DNA from: Asterias rubens
Taxonomy: Eukaryota
Direction: 5' to 3'
Length of the DNA stretch: 64,000 nucleotides
Assembly: GCF_902459465.1 (NCBI RefSeq)
Contig: NC_047067.1
Span: forward strand, 8,680,001 to 8,744,000
Both the position numbers and the translations under genes were made by a program. Below are positions 58,001-64,000 of the stretch, piece by piece (the first letter of the stretch is position 1; each line of letters starts with the position of its first letter). A model generated the notes under the pieces. It had not been told where the DNA came from. It made no database searches and was given only the letters and a program-made list of their open reading frames with translations.

Positions 58001-60906
58001 GTAAGCCTTGCATTTTGGTTTAAAATGGGCAAAAAATTGATAAAATCATCAGGGGTAAGCCTTGCATTTTTTTTTAAAGTAGGCAAAAAAATTATAAAAT
58101 CGCCAGCCTTGCATTTTTGTCGAAAATTTGACTCAAATCTGATAAAATCACAAGGGCCTTGCAGTTTTGTCAAAAATAGGCGACAATTTGATAAATCATG
58201 AGGGTTATTTCAAACATTTTTATCAAATTTAAGTCAATTTAAAAGTTGTGATTTTAGGCTCTATAATGATGCAGTATGCTTCATTGATGCCTTTTCATGT
58301 ACATGTTATGTATATAGGCTTTAGTTTCAGAAATATTATGTTGAAATTAGGCCAAAATCTGAAACAATTACTAGGGGTAATCCTTTTTTTGCTCTAAAGA
58401 GATGCAGTATGCTTCCTGATGCCTTTTTGTGCCAAGATGTAAGCTATATTTTGAGACATTTTGTTAATTTTGTTTCCACGCCGAATGAAAAGGGTAACCA
58501 ATTGAAAAAATCATAAGGGGTCACAGTCCAGCATTTTTATTAAACTTCGGCAAATTTTTAATGTGTGATTATTTATGCTCTAAGTTGATGCAGTAGGGTT
58601 TTCTGATGCCTTTTTTTAGTTGTGTGTTTCACTGACATCTTGGTTTTGTCGTTTCACTCCATAATAGATGCAAAGTGGATGACACAGTGGAGTTCCATTC
58701 CCATCCTAGTAGTCTGCGACAGAGATTCTCTATCGAGGCCTTTGCATTCCTAGGAGAGAACCTCCATGGATCGGTAAGACAGGCTTTTTGCTTACAGACA
58801 GGCACGCCAGAGTCGCACCAACTTCAGATAAGGAGCAACTCTAGGCCAACCCAAATAAATTTTTTGTTTTAGACAGGTGAACTCAACCTAACATTTACGT
58901 TAGGTTCAGCTCATGACAAGATCGACGTCTGAAACCAAGGTCCTCCAGAGTCGTACCGACCGACTACAACAGTCGATCTTTCGGCTTCTAGCTTGTCTAG
59001 TCGCTCCCAACTGTTTCAGACGTCGATCTTTTATTCAGAATTTGGTTCGGTGCAACACTGGAGCGCCTGTCTGAAACAAGGTAAAGTTCCTGTCCTGGAA
59101 ATTTAAAAAAAATCCTATTCGAGTTTTGATAAACATTTGGTTACTACACTGAAATTTCTTTACCGAACATCGCATTTTATAAGAGTGTATTTCTATGGTG
59201 TTTCCCGGATCCTATTCGGACCAGACAGTAATCAAACCATGGCATGTACTCATTTCAACACCTGGGTGGAATCTCTGATACAAACTCTCACATAAAAATA
59301 TTTGTAAACCTGGTTTGAGAGAAGGAAATTATGGCAAGTGTGTTGCTCATGATAACCTGTTGTGTATTTGATGTTCACTGTGACATAGTGACGTGTCATG
59401 CTGCAGACTCTGAATCCATGTTACAAACTCTCACATCAATTCTATGTAAACCTGGGTGGACAGTGGAGAGAAGCAAATTATGGCAAGTGTTGCTCACGAT
59501 AAACCCTGTGTGTATTTCATGTTGAAGGTGTTTGTTCACTGTGACTGTGCCGACTCTGACTTTGTTACAAACTCTCACATAAAATTATTTGTAATCCTGG
59601 GTGGAGAGAAGCAGTTTATGGCAAGTGTGCTGCTCATGATATCCCATCGTGTGTTTTATGTTGAAGGTGTTGGTACACTGTGACATAGCGACGTGTCACG
59701 GGACAAACTGATTACAAACTCTCACATGAAATTATTTGTAAACCTGGCAGAAAAAAACAAATTATTGCAAGCTGTGTTGTATTTTATGTTGTAGGTATTT
59801 ATTCACTGTGACATAGCGACGTGTCACGCGGTCGACCTTCAATCTCCATGCGCAAGGGGCTGTCAAGACTCGTCTGTCATTTCAAGGAGGGATGTATCCC
59901 AGTCTGGTTCATCTTCCAAGGCCTACCCAAACACAGACGGACCCATACGGATCAGGACCGGGGATAAAGGTTGGTGTTCATTTTGATCTAAATATGATGT
60001 ACATTAATAAAAAAAAAGGAACACAGTGGATAACTGGACCCAATTTCATAGCGCTGCTTTAACAAAAAGCACATTTGTTTTACTGTTGCAGAAAATGTTG
60101 CTGAGGTGTAAAACGTATTTCACAAGTTAGTAAGAAAATTAGGCGGCCATTTTGCACATTCACCATGGATTTGTATTGTTGTTATCATTCACTTTCCTGC
60201 AGTAAGCACCGGTAGGTTAGCATGCCTTTCGTGTGCTTACGGTAAGCAGCGCCTTGATTCAGAAATCGTACAGTAAGTACAAAATTGGCCGCTAAGCAGC
60301 TCTAAGAAATTGGGCCCTGTACAGGAAACCTAAACCAATTGCTTTACACTATTTCAAAGCAAAATATTTTCAAAACAATGTCTTTTGCTAAAAAACAGGC
60401 ACTCTAAGCTTATTAATCCACATTCAATAATGTCAGAGCACAAAACGTTCTCACAAACTAGTGAGCTTATTAAATTTAAAGTATACAAAACAACAAAATT
60501 TGATTGGCAAAATGACTGATTTTTTCCCCCCGGATGTCCTTTCAATCAATTTGGTACTTTTGTAAAAAGTGCCACGTGAGAACATTTATTTGGGGAGATG
60601 GGGGTCCATATCCCCATAACACCCCTTCGCAGAGCCAAAGCTTTGGTCATTACACCCTTGTCAGTAACTTGTTATCTTTTCTTTAATTCAGTGCCTTGGA
60701 ACCCAATCTCAGCCTCTAGAGACTACTTCAACTTCTCCTATGTGGAGTTACCGATGCTGACGGCCACCGTCATTCTACTGTTTGTCATCTTGATCGTCTT
60801 AGTACGAGCTCTCAAAGCGATGAGGCGGCACAAGAAAGACTCGCCCTCCTACCCTCATCGCGTGGATCGACTCAAGCTACCGTCTATCAGGATACCTGAT
60901 GAGTAA
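40015..60906 (+). CDS. Gene C: ZP-domain type I membrane/secreted protein, paralogue of gene B, 887 aa; join(40015..40137,46415..46662,47726..47910,48311..48420,48657..48764,49749..49909,50450..50623,50822..50862,51746..51846,51962..52226,52651..52892,53581..53990,58668..58773,59795..59969,60692..60906)
   Basis: All 14 introns are GT-AG with matching phases, and the total of 2664 nt is a multiple of 3. Motifs seen: signal peptide MGISPLFLMCVVGLLVLHRVGA then SHFRGGIITW, CCW, NSSP, VSDPDGDVVRCRF, IEDF..PLSRVPLHF, and an Ig-like end HEWHFTTG. The ZP region has LDSCRATP, GCKVDDTV, RQRFSIEAFAF and VFIHCDIATC. These are followed by SRRD, the EHP-like GPIRI, and the TM segment MLTATVILLFVILIVLV. The donor of exon 6 could alternatively be at 49904 (same phase). 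Confidence 0.87.
41761..42122. mobile_element. Kolobok-type MITE, K1-related
   Basis: TTAAAGGCATGGACAC...AATAGTGTCCACTGCTTAA with the shared internal CAGAGGGAGCCGTTTCTCACAATG. Confidence 0.8.
44411..44898. mobile_element. Ginger-like MITE, same family
   Basis: GGGG-TGTCGCATGCAATT...AATTGCACCTGACA-GGGG. Its interior is the reverse complement of the 36025-36500 copy. Confidence 0.75.
46249..46353. mobile_element. 105-bp Tourist/Harbinger-type MITE (H2)
   Basis: About 40-bp TIR GGCC(A/G)TGTCCGAATTGGCGACTT(C/T)GGCTACAGCTACAGCT with TAA TSD on both sides. Related degenerate copies lie near 27756-27850 and 44945-45095. Confidence 0.85.
46711..47098. mobile_element. Kolobok-type MITE, family K1
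   Basis: TTAAGACAGTGGACACTATTGG...CCAATAGTGTCCACTGCCTTTAA. Confidence 0.85.
48915..49094. mobile_element. Partial Kolobok-type MITE, K1
   Basis: Internal K1 sequence ending CCCAGTGTCTTTAA. Confidence 0.7.
49099..49672 (+). mobile_element. 5'-truncated L2-type LINE (RT C-terminal fragment) in intron 5 of gene C
   Basis: The ORF has LQRLQNIAARMIT..EHITPVLAGLHWLPIQQRVKYK..AAPKLWNSLP..FKNSLKTHF. There is a GCGCTTTATTAA motif plus an (ATT)n tail. A 9-bp target-site duplication TTTAACCAT lies at 49090-49098 and 49673-49681. Confidence 0.9.
51052..51183. mobile_element. Two divergently oriented tRNA-derived (SINE-head/pseudo-tRNA) sequences
   Basis: Minus strand: TAGCTCAGTTGG...GGGTTTCAGTCC. Plus strand: AAGCTCAATTGG...CTGTTAATCCG...GGTCCAAGTCC, with an Asn-like GTT loop. 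Both are degenerate. Confidence 0.5.
51251..51633. mobile_element. Kolobok-type MITE, family K4
   Basis: TTAAAGGAATGTTACAGAATTGG...CCAATTCTGTAATGTTTCTTTAA. Confidence 0.8.
53050..53303. mobile_element. Harbinger-type MITE H1
   Basis: GACCCAATTCTATAGC...GCAGCTCTATGAAATTGGGCC. Confidence 0.7.
54118..55182. mobile_element. Non-autonomous piggyBac-like element (about 1.06 kb)
   Basis: TTAA-CCCTTTCAATACCA...TGGTATTGAAAGGG-TTAA: 14-bp perfect TIR, CCC/GGG ends and TTAA TSD. No transposase ORF. Confidence 0.8.
55650..58205. repeat. About 54-bp AT-rich tandem satellite (roughly 45 copies) in gene C intron 12
   Basis: Consensus GATAAAATCACAAGGGGTAAGCCTTGCATTTTGGTTGAAAATAGGTGAAAATTT. The copy number is estimated from span divided by unit length. 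Confidence 0.95.
59270..59835 (+). repeat. About 145-bp tandem repeat x4 spanning the intron 13 acceptor and the start of gene C exon 14
   Basis: The anchor TACAAACTCTCACAT recurs at about 59279, 59421, 59565 and 59712. Each unit ends in a CACTGTGAC exon-start copy. Confidence 0.85.
60037..60316. mobile_element. Harbinger-type MITE H1
   Basis: CTG-GACCCAATTTCATAGCGCTGC...GCAGCTCTAAGAAATTGGGCC-CTG. Confidence 0.8.
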
Positions 60907-61120
60907 CTATCTATGGCATGTGATCTCTGCGTCAGTGCGCTTTAGCTTTACGTTTTTCTCTTTAAAAGGGAACTTTTTATTGAGCACAATGGCTGGACCA
61001 CACTATGCTGCATGCTTTGATTGTTCAGTCAATCTAATGTGTGGCAACTGATGAACACTTTTATTAGTTTGAATTAGTTGCTTTATTTATGAATGTTTTA
61101 TGTTTTGACCGCTCTAAGGT

Positions 61121-61491
61121 TTAACGGCAGTGGACACTATTGGTAATTACTCAAAATAATTATTAGCATAAAACCTTACTTGGTAATGAGTAATGGAGAG
61201 CTGTTGATAGTAAAAAACATTGTGAGAAACGGCTCCCTCTGAAGTGATGTAGTTTTCGAGAAAGAAGTAATTTTCCACGAATTTGATTTCGAGACCTCAG
61301 GTTTAGAATTTGAGGTCTCGAAATCAAGCATCTGAAAGCACACAACTTTGTGTGACAAGGGTGTTTTTCTTTCATTATTAACTCGCCAATTGAGCTCAAA
61401 TTTTAACAGGTTTGTTTTTTTGTGCATATGTTGAGATACACCAAGTGAGAAGACTGGTCCTTGACAGTTACCAATAGTGTCCAGTGTCTAA
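61121..61491. mobile_element. Kolobok-type MITE, family K1
   Basis: TTAACGGCAGTGGACACTATTGG...CCAATAGTGTCCAGTGTCTAA. Confidence 0.8.
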
Positions 61492-62374
61492 GCCATATTA
61501 GTAAAATGGTGTCAAAATTTGCTGGAAATTTAAACACTTGTAACAATTTAAACGACACATAAAACAGGGTGTCCATATTTACAACAGGTTGTGCAAAAGA
61601 CACCCAGACTCCCCTCTGCCTAGTACTAAGGACCCCTTGCATTGACGTCACATGCAGCTACTGCCTGCCAATGGTCTGCTGTTTTGAGAGTTAAAATGCA
61701 GGTAAAGGTTTGGCGAGTGTGTAATCCTTCTCGTTGGTCTAATATTATGAACACTAAACTTAAACACACTGGGGAAACTGACTCCAATTACAGTACAACC
61801 AAGACTTACATCTCGCATGAGTTTTGGATGAAGACCTATGTTCATTTGTCTTTGAAAGACAGAATCTATGACAACTTTTATAATTATAATTGATAAATCA
61901 TTTGCTATATATTGTGTAATTTTTTGTCTTGCCAAGGGGAATTTTACCTGAAGATATCTGATACATGTAGAGAGATCGAAATGAATTGTAGAAAGAGAAA
62001 TAAATAAATGTTATCCAGAGACAGCCATAATTCAGCATGCTTTATGTAGTATTATTTACAGACATACAAAATGACAAAATGAGAATCAAATACAATGCAT
62101 AGTCGGAACATAATTCACACACACACACACACAAACTTTACAACGCCCATAGTGGCTAGATAATCAACAAATTCCTATCTTTAAAGACAAGGATTTTATA
62201 CACTGTGTCAAAAAATTTCATATTTACATGACACCGACAAAGATTTTATTTTAAATTACAAATAGGTGATTTCATAGACATGAAAAGGTGTCCGTTTACT
62301 GATGACCATTTTCTTTGAAATACAGATATATATATATTAGCACACTATATATACAGTGTAATTCTACAGACAAT

Positions 62375-62624
62375 GGGTGCGTTCGATTAGCTTCCCCGTG
62401 TCGACCCCGCGATATTCATTCAGGTGAGCCCCTGACCGGAGCTAATCGAACGATCACACTCACCCTCTCATGGTGACTTCATGCACATCGGGCAAGCCCC
62501 AAGATCCCCGCTCCACAAGGCACTGGGGGCTGACATGGGTGAGCCACTGGAATGACCTCAAAGCTATTTCGAACGTACCGGGGGCAGACTGGGGTCGACC
62601 TGGGGAAGCTAATCGAACGCACCC
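62375..62624. mobile_element. 250-bp Harbinger-type MITE (H3)
   Basis: TIR GGGTGCGTTCGATTAGCTTCCCC with 3-bp TSD AAT on both sides. Confidence 0.85.
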
Positions 62625-63016
62625 AATCTTCCCAACCCAACACCAGCCTATAGCTGAAACTACATGCAATTCAACAACCCCTGCCAGAAAATAACTTCAA
62701 ACACCTTGCTTTGTGGTTTAACTAATATCACAAGAGTAAACCGAATATGTTTTCAGCAAGTAGTCATAAAAAATGAGAGCACTAGAATGCATGTACGCTT
62801 TCAAGAACTAGGTTATTTTCTTCTTACTGGGATGTAATACAACAAACTACCCAACGTCTAAATCTAAGCATACGAGAGCTTCCAAAATAAAAATTTTATG
62901 AAATTAGTCAACTATCAATGTAAAAAGGCTGCTGGAATTAGTTAAATGACCGTTTTCTTAACAGAAACTTTCAATGCTAACGGACATCAATGTTTGGTCT
63001 TTGGCCCCTTTTCTTT

Positions 63017-63358
63017 TTAAGGGAAGGTACACCTTTGGTTGTTGTCAAAGACCAGTCTTCTCACTTGGTGTATCCCAACATTTAAAAAGCATAAAATAAC
63101 AAACCTGTGAAAATTTGAGCTTAATTGGTCATCGTAGTTGCGAGAAAATGATGACAGAAAAAAAACACCCTTGTTGGACGAATTTGTGTGCTTTCAGATA
63201 GGAATAAAAGACTTCTAGCTAGAAGTATTTTATTGTTTTAGTGAGAAATTACCTCTTATTCAAAATCTATGCTACTATCAACAGCTCTCCAATGCTCGCT
63301 ATAAAGTCAGTTTTTAAGTTTGTTTTGAGTAATTACCAAACGTGTACCTACCCTTTAA
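63017..63358. mobile_element. Kolobok-type MITE, K1-related subfamily
   Basis: TTAAGGGAAGGTACACCTTTGG...CCAAACGTGTACCTACCCTTTAA. Confidence 0.8.
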
Positions 63359-63487
63359 GACAAGTAACAAAACTAGCATAAGAGTAGTTCTCTATTGGTT
63401 TCCTCTATGATTGTCTGTTTAGCTAGATTCATTCTGTATAATAACAAAGAGTTTAAATCTTCCTTTCACAAATACCAGGGTATTTCA

Positions 63488-63877
63488 TTAAAGGAACACG
63501 TTGCCTTGGATCGGACGAGGTTGGTCTTTGAAAAGCGTTTGTAACCGTTTGTTATAAAATGCATATGGGTAGAAAGATAATTTAAAAGTAGAATACAATG
63601 ATCCACACAAATTTGCCTCGAAATTGCGTTGTTTTCCTTTCACTTTGCGAACTAACACGGTCGGCCATTTATGGGAGTAAAAAAATTGACTCCCATAAAT
63701 GGCCAACCGTGTTTGTCGACGAGGTAAAAGGAAACCCACGTAATTTCGAGTGATACTTGTGTGGATCATTATATTTTACTTTAAAAATATCTTTCTAATT
63801 ATATGCATTTTATAACAAACGGTTACAAACGCTTTTCAAAGACCAACTTGTCCGATCCAAGGCACATGTTCCTTTAA
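63488..63877. mobile_element. Kolobok-type MITE, family K2
   Basis: Same TIRs and interior as 13998-14377, with TTAA flanks. Confidence 0.88.
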
Positions 63878-64000
63878 AGTTCATGTACAACATTGGTAGT
63901 TAAAGACCAGTATCCGCACTTTTTGTGACGCAACATATACATGAAATATCAAACCTGTGAAAGTTTAGGCTCAATAATCCATCCCAGTCAAAAGAAAATA

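Noticed and set aside
55914-58201. Multiple 60-250 aa ORFs in the satellite
   Set aside because: They arise because the ~54-bp unit is a multiple of 3. The frames break at indels and the products are low-complexity.
18862-60906. Bacterial contamination or recent horizontal transfer as the source of the bacterial-like domains
   Set aside because: The domains are split by many canonical spliceosomal introns shared between two old paralogues. Any transfer must be ancient.

Overview
Eukaryotic, AT-rich, intron-containing invertebrate genomic DNA, not prokaryotic. A sea-star/echinoderm origin is inferred from memory of the repeat families and is unverified. Three complete, co-oriented (+ strand) genes for secreted or cell-surface proteins can be assembled by hand with canonical GT-AG splice sites and continuous reading frames. 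Gene A (7258-11977, 2 exons, 1136 aa) is a Cys-free secreted protein built from about 50 acidic Ser-Gly repeats. Genes B (18862-35667, 13 exons, 905 aa) and C (40015-60906, 15 exons, 887 aa) are divergent tandem paralogues. Both have a signal peptide, an H(F/Y)xGGx(I/L)xW N-terminal module, a DxDGD cadherin/Ig-like segment, a Big_5/SbsA-like Ig domain, a zona pellucida (ZP) module, a basic cleavage site and a TM helix. Introns and intergenic DNA are dense with non-autonomous transposons: Kolobok-, Harbinger-, Ginger-, piggyBac- and Tc1-type MITEs, including a three-level nest. They also hold LINE 3' fragments, tRNA-derived SINEs, a ~54-bp satellite, and a tandem amplification of a splice acceptor plus exon start. 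Most short ORFs in the supplied track are spurious. Family assignments come from motif recognition only; no searches were run.
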